64,000 nucleotides of DNA from Desulfosudaceae bacterium (GCA_963674745.2 CAXXDV010000003.1:1568001-1632000), one strand, 5' to 3'. Positions 1 to 10,491 are shown, counted from the stretch's first letter. Translations and numbers: made by a program. The notes: generated from the letters alone by a model not told the origin.

Positions 1-84
1 TGGATGGTCTATTTTAACGGGCAGTGCCTGATGTCCATGCTTCCCGCGTTTCTTGTGCTTGCGGAGAGGAAGGAAGCGGAATAA
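1..84 (+). CDS. 3' end of upstream gene (partial), stop overlaps next start (TAATG)
   Basis: Frame 1 is open from base 1 to TAA at 82-84, overlapping the ATG at 84. Confidence 0.5.
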   Translation, partial: WMVYFNGQCLMSMLPAFLVLAERKEAE

Positions 85-2432
85 TGAGCGAGCGGACACT
101 GCGGCTGAAAAACGCGCTGCACCGGGAAAAACCCGGCATCTGCCCGGAAAGGGCGCTTCTCTGGACGGCCTATTTCAGGCAACGGGCAAACCGGAAAAAA
201 CCCGCTGATACCCGGATTGCCGAAGCCACGCGCCACGTTCTTGAAAACAAGACCGTTCATATTTATCCCGAAGAAATCATTGTCGGCAATTACACTTCCA
301 GGCGCGTGGGCGGCATCATTTACCCGGAGCTGGCCGGGATCCCGGCGCTGCTGGAAATTTCGAAATTTCACACCCGGAAAACAAACCCCCTGGAAACCAC
401 GGCCCGGGACCGCCGAAAACTGGCTGCCATCATTCCTTTCTGGCTGACCAGGAACATCCCCTGGCAGGCCTTTGCCTCGCCCATAAGAAAAGCGGCCTTC
501 GGGTGGAAACAGTTGACCGCCCGCCAGTACCAGGTTTACGAAAGCGGCGGCATCGCGCACCTGGCGCCGGACTATGGAAAGCTGCTCCGGGTCGGCGCCC
601 GGGGGATTATACAAGAAGCGAAACAACAGTTGCGGGAAACGACTGATCCGCAAAAGCGCGATTTTTTCGAGGCGGTCATCATATCCGCAAACGCCCTGGC
701 TGATTTCGGGGACCGTTATGCCGCCTGCGCGGAGCGCCTGGCTGCCGCGGAAACCGATCGGGAAAGAAAAAGCGAACTTGAAATAATTGCGACTGTCTGC
801 CGGCGCGTGCCCCGCCACGGCGCCCGGTCCTTTCACGAGGCCGTCCAGTCCATGATGCTCACCCAGGTTGCCCTGTTCCAAGAAAGCATCGGCGAAACCA
901 TCTGCCCCGGCCGGCTGGACCAGATCCTCTATCCCTATTACCAGAAAGACGCGGCCGGCAACCGCCTCACCGGGGAAAAGGCAAAGGAAATCCTGACCGC
1001 CCTGTGCATCAAGATGTGCGAGACCGTCCCGGTTTTTTCCGATATTCTGACTAAAACCTTGGGCGGGCTGCCCAGTTACCAGGTGGTCACCGTGGGCGGC
1101 GTGGACGAACACGGCCGGGACGCGACCAATGAACTCAGTTACATCTTCCTTGACATCATGGATGAACTGCGGATGCGCCAGCCCAATTTTCATGTCCGCC
1201 TTCACGACAACACCCCCGGCGATTTCTTTGATGAGGTCATCCGCATCCATGCGGGAACCGGCAGCGCGCCCGCCCTGTATAACGACAACATCATCATCAA
1301 AACCATGACCGGCGCCGGATACACCCTGGCCGATGCCAGGAATTACGTGGCCATCGGCTGTGTCGAACCCACCTGCCAGGGGAAAACCCTGGGATCGACC
1401 GATGCCGCCATCGTCAATCTTCCCCTGGCCCTGGAGCTGGCTTTGAACCAGGGCCGGCAGTTCGGGACGAATTTCCGTATCGGCGCGAAAACCCCATCTG
1501 TATCGCAGATGCAATCCATTGAAGATGTCAAGGCCGCCTATGAAGCCCAGCGCCGGCATCAGCTCACAAAGATGATCAATGAATTACGGGCCGTTGAACG
1601 GGCCCACGCGGAACATCACCCTACCCCCATGACCAGCATGCTGCTGGAAGGGTGCCTAAAAAAGGGCGTCTGCTCCACCCGGGGAGGGGCCGTCTACAAC
1701 TTTTCCGGTATTCAGGGCGTGGGTATATCCACTGTCGGGGATTCGCTTTACGCCATCCACAATGCGGTGTTTACCGACCAGCGGATCAGCCTGGAGGGGC
1801 TGGTCGCCGGGCTGAAAGACGACTTGAGCGATCCCGCCCTGCGGGCGCGGCTGCTGCGGCTGGGGAAATTCGGCAATGACCTGCCGGAGGCGGACGATTT
1901 CACCCGCTATGCGGCCGATGACTATGCCGGGGCCATCACCGGCCTGGGGGCAAATACCCGGGGCGGGCCGTATCTGCCGGGCATCTATTCCAACACCACC
2001 CATGTTCATTTCGGCAGTGTCGTGGGGGCTCTTCCCAACGGCCGCTTGCGTTGTCAACCGTTTGCCTCGGGCATGGCACCTGAAAACGGGGCCGACAAAA
2101 AAGGCCCCACCGCCCTGGTCAACTCCATGAACCGGATCGATTACACCCGGTTTCCCAACGGCATCAACTTCAATGTCAAGTTTCAGGCCGCCGCCTTTGC
2201 CGACCATTCCGGCCGTAACGCCCTGGGCAGCATTCTGAGGGTTTATTTTCAACGGGGCGGCATGCAGGCCCAGGTCAACATGATCGATCCTGAGATGCTT
2301 ATGGATGCCCGGAACAACCCCGATCTTTATCCCAACCTGCTTATCCGGGTCTCCGGTTATTCGGCCTATTTCAACGATCTCTCCCCGCAGATGAAAGATG
2401 AAATCATTTCCCGCAGCTTCAATGCCGTATGA
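84..2432 (+). CDS. Glycyl radical enzyme (PFL-like / dehydratase-lyase type)
   Basis: Cys loop GCVEP, C-terminal Gly loop RVSGY, KFGND motif; start placed at ATG 84 after a purine-rich RBS. Confidence 0.93.
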   Translation: MSERTLRLKNALHREKPGICPERALLWTAYFRQRANRKKPADTRIAEATRHVLENKTVHIYPEEIIVGNYTSRRVGGIIYPELAGIPALLEISKFHTRKTNPLETTARDRRKLAAIIPFWLTRNIPWQAFASPIRKAAFGWKQLTARQYQVYESGGIAHLAPDYGKLLRVGARGIIQEAKQQLRETTDPQKRDFFEAVIISANALADFGDRYAACAERLAAAETDRERKSELEIIATVCRRVPRHGARSFHEAVQSMMLTQVALFQESIGETICPGRLDQILYPYYQKDAAGNRLTGEKAKEILTALCIKMCETVPVFSDILTKTLGGLPSYQVVTVGGVDEHGRDATNELSYIFLDIMDELRMRQPNFHVRLHDNTPGDFFDEVIRIHAGTGSAPALYNDNIIIKTMTGAGYTLADARNYVAIGCVEPTCQGKTLGSTDAAIVNLPLALELALNQGRQFGTNFRIGAKTPSVSQMQSIEDVKAAYEAQRRHQLTKMINELRAVERAHAEHHPTPMTSMLLEGCLKKGVCSTRGGAVYNFSGIQGVGISTVGDSLYAIHNAVFTDQRISLEGLVAGLKDDLSDPALRARLLRLGKFGNDLPEADDFTRYAADDYAGAITGLGANTRGGPYLPGIYSNTTHVHFGSVVGALPNGRLRCQPFASGMAPENGADKKGPTALVNSMNRIDYTRFPNGINFNVKFQAAAFADHSGRNALGSILRVYFQRGGMQAQVNMIDPEMLMDARNNPDLYPNLLIRVSGYSAYFNDLSPQMKDEIISRSFNAV

Positions 2433-2487
2433 AGGGAACCGTGGGATAGGATCAGGCTAAGAGAAGCCCAAAATCATCACGACAAAC

Positions 2488-2524
2488 AAAGGGGCCTGGC
2501 ACTGGATGAATGTCAGCCCCTTTT
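2488..2524 (+). terminator. Probable intrinsic terminator
   Basis: aaaggggc...gcccctttt hairpin after the GRE stop. Confidence 0.55.
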
Positions 2525-2684
2525 GATAGATTTATTTCCTTGGCTTCCGTAATCCCTGCTGATTTGACCGGTTAACGACATGCTTGCGGCAACAGCTACG
2601 GTCTTCAATCCGCACGACCTCATCTGCACACCATCGCCACGGGCGGTTGCTTATACCGCGCCGCAGACGTGACTGATCAGGGTG

Positions 2685-2750
2685 GAATTCCGGTGCCAGT
2701 ATACCTATTTATCTTTTGCGGAATTCGTGGTGATACTGGCACCGGAATTC
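2685..2750 (+). repeat. Family C REP-like inverted pair
   Basis: gaattccggtgccagtatac ... atactggcaccggaattc; recurs at 5607, 9917, 10574. Confidence 0.85.
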
Positions 2751-2768
2751 GTGATGTGTGTTTCGATT

Positions 2769-3062
2769 TCATGTTTTTGTAAAAAGAATACCTTTAAGTC
2801 CCGGCAGGTCAGGCTGCATGGCGACGATATATTCTTTTCGGTCTTTTGTCAGGCGCTTGATTGCCGCCTCGATTTTGTAGGCATCACTTTTTGAATCCGC
2901 CGCAATGGTATAAACCAGTTCCAGTGATCTGGATGCTCTCGTGTATTTGGCCGCTTTGTCCCCGCCTTCAAGGTGCTCGTAGTATCTGGCAACGGGGTTT
3001 ATGGCGACGCCGGTATAAAGAGCGTTTCTATCATTCCGCAGGATGTAAACATGCCACACCAT
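2769..3062 (-). CDS. GIY-YIG nuclease family protein (YhbQ-like)
   Basis: WHVYIL...LYTG, AAKYTR and AYKIEAAIKRL motifs. Confidence 0.88.
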   Translation of the reverse strand: MVWHVYILRNDRNALYTGVAINPVARYYEHLEGGDKAAKYTRASRSLELVYTIAADSKSDAYKIEAAIKRLTKDRKEYIVAMQPDLPGLKGILFTKT

Positions 3063-3087
3063 GAGTTTTGATGACCTTGAACATTTT

Positions 3088-3270
3088 CAAAACTTCGTTA
3101 TAGGGAAGTTTCTTCCGATAAAATAAAAAAACCAACCCCACAAGGGGAATGAAAGATGGTAGGTTATAAGAGCCTGTTTAGTCAACTGCTTGCCTTTTTT
3201 AACTGGAACAAATTTGAATAACTGGTTGTAAAGCACATTGCCGGGCGATACGCCAAGGGTTTCATATGAC
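3088..3270 (+). pseudogene. Remnant left end and N-terminus of an IS4-family transposase
   Basis: Decayed frame SLFSQLL...LVVKH..RYAKGF; upstream sequence resembles 41325-41420. Confidence 0.5.
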
Positions 3271-3496
3271 GGGGTGTAAACTGGCGTCTGGACTTCAAGA
3301 AACAGCGATTATTCCAGGTCACAAATATTCAAATTGGAAAATTTAGAAAATGATTCCGCTTTTGTAACAGAAGCATTTAGAGAGAATGTCCTTGATAATG
3401 GTCTGCATTGTGTTTATGTGAGGGAAGAGAAAGCATTAAATGGTCAAATAAATTATTCAGGGAATATTATTTAATATTGGATGTAAAGGAGGGTGC

Positions 3497-5575
3497 GTGA
3501 TGAGAATGAAATGCCTGTTTCTGTTAATCTGTGTTGCCGCTGTTTCTCCAAGATATGCTCAAGGGGTTGTTTGGTCGGGCCTCGACTATTCCTTTTCCAA
3601 GGTGAATTACGCAGACTGGACAGCGCCTGAGAACCAAGACTGGATATCATCCAACGTTCACATCACACGCCAGAATAATGAAGGTCTTTTCAACATTGTT
3701 CTGGAATCAGGCTACCAGGGATGGGATACCAGCCCCATGGATACGGAATGGGCCTTTTCCGGATTGAACGGTTGTGCCACATTTTCAGCGGGTTCAGGCG
3801 CCGTTCAGCATGCTTCTTTAACGTTCGATAATTTTGCCCGGGCACTTTATGTCAATGTCGGGGACTATATTGTGGGAACACCCGGTGTGGTTCATTTGAT
3901 ATCCGAGGATATCTACATCGACATCCTCTTCACAAGCTGGCAAAAAGGCGGTGCCGGCGGCGGATTTGCCTACAATCGTGCATCCAGTTCCCCCACTGTC
4001 ACAACCGGTGCCGCCAGTGACATAACAATGGCGGCGGCTAAACTAAACGGTGTTATAAACGCTTGGAATTACAGCACTACCGCCACCTTTGAGTATGGCC
4101 TTGATACGGGATACGGCACAACGGTTACGGCGGACCAAAGCCCTGTTACAGGCGCAACGAACACGGCGGTCAGCTGCACTATAGGTGGGCTTACGCTCAA
4201 CACGACTTACCATTACCGTGCCGTGGGGCAATACTCATTAGGGACAATCAATGGCGCTGATATGACGTTTACAACCCTTGCGGATACAGATGGTGATGGA
4301 GAACCGGACATTACTGATGGTTGCCCAAACGATCCTAATAAGATTACCCCTGGTATATGTGGTTGCGGCGTAGCAGATATAGACAGTGACGGGGATGGCT
4401 CGCCTGACTGCAATGATCGGTGCCCGAACGATGCCAATAAGATGGTTCCCGGAGTTTGTGGTTGTGGCGTAAGCGATATTGACTCAGATAACGATGGTAC
4501 TCTGGACTGTAATGATCTCTGTCCGAATGACCCCAACAAGACAGACCCCGGAATATTCGGTTGCGGCGTTTCTGATGACGATACAGACAATGACGGAACG
4601 CCTGATGATAACGACGCTTGTCCCAACGACCCTGATAAAACAAATCCAGGTGTTTGTGGTTGCGGCGTCTCTGATATGGATACCGACAATGATGGAATCC
4701 CGGACTGCAATGATGATACGCCGAACGGTGTATGGGACGATTATGATGACGATGATGCGGACTTCTGCGATTTTATCCCGGTAGCCGTTTTGCCTTTAGA
4801 TGGCGCCGTTGATACATCGCCTACCCCCACGTTTGTTATTGATTGGGATATTGATCCGGATACTTGCGGAGACCACCATAAAACCCGCTGGCAGATAAGC
4901 GAGCGGCCTGATTTTTACGGGTTGACCTACAACAAAAATACCATTGGTAAAGACCCCTTCAGCCATAATGTTGCGCCGGGTGTTTTAACGCCGGATACCA
5001 CCTATTACTGGCGTGCCAGGGTATGGTGCAGCCAGGAATGCAAGTCCCGCTATTCAGAAGCGGTTTCCTTTACGACAGCGCCGGACCCGAACGATAACAA
5101 CCAGCCGGGGAATCAGGGGAATCATTCCAGGGGTGTTAATGCTGTTGTTGGAAACCAGTATGTCACCATTGAAACATCGGAAAACATAACCTTTTTACAG
5201 GCACTGGATAACAATGACCAGGATATCCTCGATGGTATGCCGGATAACATGCCATGGGGTCTGATCAATTTCAGGATTGAGATCGCTACCCCGGGTGATA
5301 CCGTCCAGATCACAATATTTTTTGAAGAAAAAGCGCGGAATAATGCGGTTTTTTATAAATATGACCCGGTAGAAGGCTGGATTGATTATTCCGACCATGC
5401 CACTTTTGCGCCTGACATGAAGTCCGTTACCATTGAAATCCAGGATGGCGGGTTCGGTGATATGGATGGAACGGTTAATGGTGTTATTGTCGATCCCTGT
5501 GGAATCGGGACCTTTGCATCAGGCGGAGGCGGAGGCGGGGGATGTTTTATCGATAGTACGTCTTTAACTCGATAG
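3497..5575 (+). CDS. Secreted/surface protein with FN3-like domains, TSP3-like Asp/Cys repeats and a C-terminal GGGGGCFI motif
   Basis: Signal peptide; four full 33-aa DxDxDG..D.CPND..K..PG.CGCG repeats plus one partial; GGGGGGGCFI tail. Confidence 0.8.
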   Translation: MMRMKCLFLLICVAAVSPRYAQGVVWSGLDYSFSKVNYADWTAPENQDWISSNVHITRQNNEGLFNIVLESGYQGWDTSPMDTEWAFSGLNGCATFSAGSGAVQHASLTFDNFARALYVNVGDYIVGTPGVVHLISEDIYIDILFTSWQKGGAGGGFAYNRASSSPTVTTGAASDITMAAAKLNGVINAWNYSTTATFEYGLDTGYGTTVTADQSPVTGATNTAVSCTIGGLTLNTTYHYRAVGQYSLGTINGADMTFTTLADTDGDGEPDITDGCPNDPNKITPGICGCGVADIDSDGDGSPDCNDRCPNDANKMVPGVCGCGVSDIDSDNDGTLDCNDLCPNDPNKTDPGIFGCGVSDDDTDNDGTPDDNDACPNDPDKTNPGVCGCGVSDMDTDNDGIPDCNDDTPNGVWDDYDDDDADFCDFIPVAVLPLDGAVDTSPTPTFVIDWDIDPDTCGDHHKTRWQISERPDFYGLTYNKNTIGKDPFSHNVAPGVLTPDTTYYWRARVWCSQECKSRYSEAVSFTTAPDPNDNNQPGNQGNHSRGVNAVVGNQYVTIETSENITFLQALDNNDQDILDGMPDNMPWGLINFRIEIATPGDTVQITIFFEEKARNNAVFYKYDPVEGWIDYSDHATFAPDMKSVTIEIQDGGFGDMDGTVNGVIVDPCGIGTFASGGGGGGGCFIDSTSLTR

Positions 5576-5595
5576 AAATTGTTAAGCTGAAAGCA

Positions 5596-5711
5596 GAATT
5601 CCGGTGGAATTCCGGTGCCAGTATACCTATTTCTCTTTGTTGACACCGGCAGCAAGTGAATCTCCTCCCGCCGCAGAGCGGGAGGAGATTCAGTATACTG
5701 GCACCGGAATT
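5596..5711 (+). repeat. Family C REP-like inverted pair with internal palindrome
   Basis: gaattccggtg-gaattccggtgccagtatacc ... gaatctcctcccgc/gcgggaggagattc ... gtatactggcaccggaatt. Confidence 0.85.
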
Positions 5712-5728
5712 GGGCCCAGCAGTACTCA

Positions 5729-5762
5729 AGAAACGCATATAATCATAGACGTCCCCACTTTT
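5729..5762 (-). repeat. Family A REP left end (reverse orientation)
   Basis: Reverse complement of aaagtggggacgtctatgattatatgcgtttct. Confidence 0.85.
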
Positions 5763-5777
5763 TTCCACTGACCTAGC

Positions 5778-6677
5778 CTATTGATTTGCCCAATCGATTA
5801 CCAATTGAGCCCAGCGCTCCCCTTGTTGTTCTTGTATAAAATGAAGGCCGTTCAAAGTAACATGAGGCTCCCCTTTTGCGCCGGGCACTTTATTCTTAAA
5901 TGGTTCTATACATGGACCTGTTAACGGGTCGTTATCCGAGAAGCATAACAGCATCGGTTTCTCCCATTTTTCCAAGACCTTCCAGGCATTTCGGTTATCT
6001 TCAGATGCAGGGTCATCTGGTGAAACCGGAACGAGCAAGGGAAACTGGCGCGCACCAGCCTTATATTCTTCAGAAGGAAATGGGGCTCGATAAGCATCTT
6101 TTTCCGCTTCGGTTAAGGGGCCCTCATCAAACATATTCACTATTAATCCAATATCAAAATCTTCGACTGTTTGGCTAAGCTCACGCCACCCCATAAAGAA
6201 ATCTGACATCGGTTCATCACCAGTTTGCAATCCTGTGTTTGAAATAGAAACACGCGAGAACTTCTCAGGCATAGCGGTAAGAAGCCTTAATCCAATATGA
6301 CCACCCCAGTCTTGAGCGACCAAAGTTATTTCATTTAACTCGAGTGAATTAAGCCAATCACTCATCCATTTAACATAATTCGCTACAGAATAAGCGTCGC
6401 GATCGGTAGGCTTGTCAGAACGACCAAATCCAATAAGGTCTGGGGCTATCACGCGGTACCCTGCAGATAAAAATACCGGTATCATCTTACGATAAAGAAA
6501 ACTCCACGTTGGTTCACCATGCATGCATAGCACAACCGGTTGGTTCGCATCCCCTTCATCAATATAGGCGACTCGCAACGCACCAATTTTTTCGTCAACG
6601 ACTTCCAGGTATTTAGGTTGATAGGGAAAGTTGGGTATATCTTTGAATCGCTCTTCTGGTGTACGTAATACGTTCAT
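5778..6677 (-). CDS. Haloalkane dehalogenase
   Basis: LRTPEERF N-terminus, HGEPTWS, QDWGG nucleophile motif, HFIQE. Confidence 0.9.
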   Translation of the reverse strand: MNVLRTPEERFKDIPNFPYQPKYLEVVDEKIGALRVAYIDEGDANQPVVLCMHGEPTWSFLYRKMIPVFLSAGYRVIAPDLIGFGRSDKPTDRDAYSVANYVKWMSDWLNSLELNEITLVAQDWGGHIGLRLLTAMPEKFSRVSISNTGLQTGDEPMSDFFMGWRELSQTVEDFDIGLIVNMFDEGPLTEAEKDAYRAPFPSEEYKAGARQFPLLVPVSPDDPASEDNRNAWKVLEKWEKPMLLCFSDNDPLTGPCIEPFKNKVPGAKGEPHVTLNGLHFIQEQQGERWAQLVIDWANQ

Positions 6678-6729
6678 TTTTTCCTCCCATGTTGGGTATG
6701 TGGTTAAATCCTTTCAAGTGACTACGTGC

Positions 6730-7716
6730 TTAAAATCGGGAAATTTTACCCGGAAGAATGTAGTTGTAGGTTTTTTTCATCACGCCTGTCCTGATGAAAC
6801 GATCCAATCGCCGGCACTGCAGGAAAGCCTCAAGGAGGACAACATCTTTTTGGTAAAAGGATTTGATCTCTTTTATGGTAATTTTACGTTGCAGTTTCAG
6901 GTGATGGCCGTTTTCCTCTATCCAACTGTGAATGAAATCCAGTGTGATTTTAATACGGTCCGGCCGGCCCTCCTTGATGTAGTTGGCCAGGTGATCCAGG
7001 ATAATTTCACGTGGGCAAAAATAGGAGTCAAAGTAGCGCTGCATCATACCGAGCCTGTTGAAAATAAACCGCACCGGTAATGGCATGGCTTTTCCGATGA
7101 TGGTGCTGTCAAAAAGATCCGTCGTTCCTTTCCGAATGCAGGGCGTTGCCACATCGAGGAGGCGAATCGTGTCCTTTGTCACATGCCAGTTGGAGATTTG
7201 GGAATCCGCTGCAATGAGAATGTTATCCGGATTGGTGTGGTTGAAAGAAAAGATTTTTTCCGCATTTTCCAGAAAACCGGCGACGACGAAGAACAACGCT
7301 TCGTCTGTCCCGTTTTTTAAAATATCATTTCCCAATTCCGTCCCGGGAAGAGCCGGTTGTGTGAGATAAACAGTAAATCCGCCTACAGGGGCCTTGACGG
7401 AAGCAAAACGGGTGGGAACCACATCCACACCGATGGATTCAAGGGTTTGGCAATACCGTTTGACCAATGCGATATACGAATGAACTTGTGACTCGGTCTC
7501 AAAACCGGACATTCGCTTACACACCCGATCGGGCAGGGCCTTAAGTGTAAGAACCGCAGACACCTCACCACAGGCCACAACCGTTGCGGGCATGACGCCT
7601 GATTCAGGTCTGCAGGGATCAAGCTGATTTTCAAATTGCTGCAGCACCTCTTGTTCCGAAATGTTAAAAGTCGGCGACTGAGGGGTGATTTCATCAGAGG
7701 CGGTCACGGCGTGCAT
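6730..7716 (-). CDS. Hypothetical protein, kinase-like (DUF6206-like), co-oriented with the aminotransferase
   Basis: 328-aa ORF overlapping the upstream gene stop; GEVSAV and DSQISNW motifs. Confidence 0.65.
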   Translation of the reverse strand: MHAVTASDEITPQSPTFNISEQEVLQQFENQLDPCRPESGVMPATVVACGEVSAVLTLKALPDRVCKRMSGFETESQVHSYIALVKRYCQTLESIGVDVVPTRFASVKAPVGGFTVYLTQPALPGTELGNDILKNGTDEALFFVVAGFLENAEKIFSFNHTNPDNILIAADSQISNWHVTKDTIRLLDVATPCIRKGTTDLFDSTIIGKAMPLPVRFIFNRLGMMQRYFDSYFCPREIILDHLANYIKEGRPDRIKITLDFIHSWIEENGHHLKLQRKITIKEIKSFYQKDVVLLEAFLQCRRLDRFIRTGVMKKTYNYILPGKISRF

Positions 7717-8933
7717 ATTTTCAAGGCCTCCTCAAATCGGGAAAGGATATCGTCGATTAACGGTTGATCCAGGTAAAGCCAGGGTTTGCATTGCATTACC
7801 GAATAGTCGAAACCGGCGATCATGGCCCAGATACCGTTTTCATATAGCGCCTTACACATGCTTACCGCCCCGAAAGGATTATCATATTGAAGGCCGATCA
7901 CCAGTCCGCACTGTCTGATTTCTTTTAAAAACGGATAACGGCTTTTAAGGTCGGCAAATCCCTTGCCTAAAATTGCGGCATTTTTTCTAACCGAGGCCAG
8001 GATTTCCGGATCAGAGCAGATGTCCAGAACACGGGAGGCCACATGACACCCCGGTTCTGCGCCCCCAAAAGTGGAAATATGACCGAAACCGTTTTCCGTA
8101 AGCCATCCCCCGTATTTTTTTGAAATGACGGTGGCTGAAATGGGGTAGATGCCGCCCGAGAGCCCCTTGCCCGTGACCAGAATATCCGGGATTATCCCGA
8201 ATGTTTCCACTCCCCAGAGATGCCCCGTTCGCCCCAGGCCTGTTTGTACTTCATCGGCAATATAAAGCGCGCCGTATTTATCACACAGTTTCCTGACCCC
8301 CTCGAGGTAGCCATCTTCGGGAAGCGGAAAGCCGTATGTTGCCGGTATGGTTTCCATGATGACGGCTGCTGTTTTTTCCTTCTCGAGAATCTTCTCCATT
8401 GCGGAAAGATCATTGAAGGGGACATGAATGTATTCATCTTGCGACCCCCTGCTCAGGAAAAAGTCAGCGTTTTTCGGATCCCCTACATTGCCGGAAAGGC
8501 CTGTGCTGCCGTGGTACCCCTTGTCCAGGGAAACGATTTGCCGCCTTTGTGTGGCCCACCTGGCAGTTTTTATGGCAATGTCTACGGCTTCGCTGCCGCC
8601 GGTAGCAAAGACAGTGTAGTGAAGATCTCCCGGTGTTTTCTCTGCCAGTTTCCCGGCCAAAACGGCCCTTGCTTCAGAGGCAAAATGGTGGTTCCCAATA
8701 TCTGTTTCTTCAAGTGCGGACGTTAGTATGCGGATCAGTTCCGGATGACGATGTCCCAGGTTGAAGGTGCCGCCGTTAATATGCAGGTCTATGAGCCGCT
8801 GTCCGTCAATGTCAAAAATATAGGGCCCTTCCCTTTTGCCGATTACAAGATCGATGCCGATCTGATGAAATGTATTTATTTTCCCGGGGCAAACATACTC
8901 CCTGGCCATTTTGAAAATGTCCTTTTTTTCCAT
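7704..8933 (-). CDS. Class III aminotransferase (PLP-dependent)
   Basis: DEVQTGLGRTG, GKGLSGG, STFGG; start at MEKKD. Confidence 0.92.
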   Translation of the reverse strand: MEKKDIFKMAREYVCPGKINTFHQIGIDLVIGKREGPYIFDIDGQRLIDLHINGGTFNLGHRHPELIRILTSALEETDIGNHHFASEARAVLAGKLAEKTPGDLHYTVFATGGSEAVDIAIKTARWATQRRQIVSLDKGYHGSTGLSGNVGDPKNADFFLSRGSQDEYIHVPFNDLSAMEKILEKEKTAAVIMETIPATYGFPLPEDGYLEGVRKLCDKYGALYIADEVQTGLGRTGHLWGVETFGIIPDILVTGKGLSGGIYPISATVISKKYGGWLTENGFGHISTFGGAEPGCHVASRVLDICSDPEILASVRKNAAILGKGFADLKSRYPFLKEIRQCGLVIGLQYDNPFGAVSMCKALYENGIWAMIAGFDYSVMQCKPWLYLDQPLIDDILSRFEEALKICTP

Positions 8934-8980
8934 TGTCTTTCCTTTCCGGATGGTTACTGTCTTCAGTGCCCTAAAGTATT

Positions 8981-9122
8981 GGGCACCTCTAAAAATTGCC
9001 TTTTGGCCCGATGTCGGCGTTGTGCTCAAATTTTAATCCTCGAAATACTTCTATGTATTCCTGTGGTTAAAATTTTCACACGCCTTGACCTCGAACCAAA
9101 ATTCTAATTTTTAGAGATACCC
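8981..9122. mobile_element. MITE-like element with terminal inverted repeats (copy 1)
   Basis: gggcacctctaaaaatt ... aatttttagagataccc; homologous to 12851-13000. Confidence 0.8.
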
Positions 9123-9157
9123 ATCATGTTTAACTTATTAAAAATTCTATTGCTTTA

Positions 9158-9229
9158 TTTTATGTAACGCGTTAAATAAAACACAGGTTTTAATGGATTG
9201 CAAGATATTTTTAATACGCGTTCTAAAAA
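9158..9229. promoter_or_regulatory. Two ACGCGT-centred palindromes, candidate TetR operators
   Basis: ttttatgtaacgcgttaaataaaa and ttttaatacgcgttctaaaa between divergent genes. Confidence 0.5.
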
Positions 9230-9240
9230 AGGTTAAAGTT

Positions 9241-9900
9241 ATGTCCACGAAAGAAAAAAGAAGGGGCCGCCCGCCCAAAAGTGACCGGCAGAAGGAAGTC
9301 ATACGACAACGGATCATCGCGAGTGCCAGAGAACTGTTTCTGGATGAGGGATTTGAAAAGGTTTCAATGAGAAAGATAGCGGTAAAGGCCCGTTGCACAC
9401 CAACCACACTCTATCACTATTTCCGCAATAAACGCCATATTCTCCATTTTCTGTGGGAGGAACTTTTTCAACAGCTTTCAGACTCATGCGTGGAAGCTGT
9501 GCAGGGATATAAGGATCCCCTTTCCCGAATCCGGCGTTTAATGACCCAATATATCCATTACTGGTTGGAAAATAAGGATCATTACAGGGTGATCTTTATG
9601 ATTGAAGACCTTTCATCACCCCCTGACGAAGACGTGAATGCGACAAGTATAATGGGTAGAATGCAGGGGTTCCAGATCCTTGTGGAGGCCATTGAACAAG
9701 GGTGCAAAGACGGACTGTTTTTTTATGATGATATGGAACTGATCTGGCAAATTCTCTCTACACATGTCCACGGGATCGTAACAAGCCTTATTACGGTGCG
9801 GGAAATTCAGTGGAGACCGGATCACGAACTCATCGAAAGCAGCATTGAGACGACTCTTCGGGGACTGGTAAATGAAGGTCATCTGCTAAAGAGATATTAA
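9241..9900 (+). CDS. TetR/AcrR family regulator
   Basis: N-terminal HTH (SMRKIA...TLYHYFRNK). Confidence 0.92.
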   Translation: MSTKEKRRGRPPKSDRQKEVIRQRIIASARELFLDEGFEKVSMRKIAVKARCTPTTLYHYFRNKRHILHFLWEELFQQLSDSCVEAVQGYKDPLSRIRRLMTQYIHYWLENKDHYRVIFMIEDLSSPPDEDVNATSIMGRMQGFQILVEAIEQGCKDGLFFYDDMELIWQILSTHVHGIVTSLITVREIQWRPDHELIESSIETTLRGLVNEGHLLKRY

Positions 9901-9916
9901 AAGAGCACTGCTATCA

Positions 9917-9933
9917 GAATTCCGGTGCCAGTA
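9917..9933 (+). repeat. Family C REP (single arm)
   Basis: gaattccggtgccagta. Confidence 0.75.
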
Positions 9934-10038
9934 ATTCCTTAAAACCCAAGAAACCCGGCCCAAAAGGGAACATGTGAAATCCCGGGACTCCGGAATTAAC
10001 GCGTAATAATCGTTGATGGTGACAGATAGAACCCGGTT

Positions 10039-10491
10039 TTATCTGCAAAAGCCAAAATCATAGTCGCGCACCTGCGTATATCCCTCACCGGCCTTGCGGC
10101 AGATACGCCAAGTGGAATCCCAGCACGCGGCGGTGCAGTCACAATTTTTTGAGTCGTTGCCCAGGCCGACATTTTTGGTTAAAAGCTTTCGCCATACGTT
10201 ATTGGCGGCATCGTAATATTGACCCTTCAGACAGCAAGGACACAGACTACCGGTTTCAAAGGTATAGCTATCACCTGCAGAAATCGTAACAACCCCCACC
10301 CAATCTTCATTAACTAATTTATCCTTGCTTAAATTCACCTTACACTTGCTACCGGAGTCATTAATAACCGTAACCTTGTGATTGATGCCCCCGCCGGCGT
10401 TGGTTTCTCTTGGCGCGACCCACACGATCGTGACAACAGCAACTAATATTATTAATACCAAGCCGATTGTTTTTGCGTTTTTCTTGAGCAT
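10039..10491 (-). CDS. Small secreted Cys-rich protein (paralog of 31781-32230)
   Basis: GGAGG RBS, signal peptide, GGGIN..VTV.ND, FETGSLCPC, CWDS.W..CRKAG. Confidence 0.8.
   Translation of the reverse strand: MLKKNAKTIGLVLIILVAVVTIVWVAPRETNAGGGINHKVTVINDSGSKCKVNLSKDKLVNEDWVGVVTISAGDSYTFETGSLCPCCLKGQYYDAANNVWRKLLTKNVGLGNDSKNCDCTAACWDSTWRICRKAGEGYTQVRDYDFGFCR

Noticed and set aside
9..2252. Long antisense ORFs 9-1559 and 1656-2252
   Set aside because: Shadows of the GC-rich glycyl radical enzyme gene, with no recognisable motifs.
2769..3062. GIY-YIG nuclease as the mobiliser of family C repeats
   Set aside because: A repeat lies on one side only and the protein looks like the common YhbQ type, so there is no further support.
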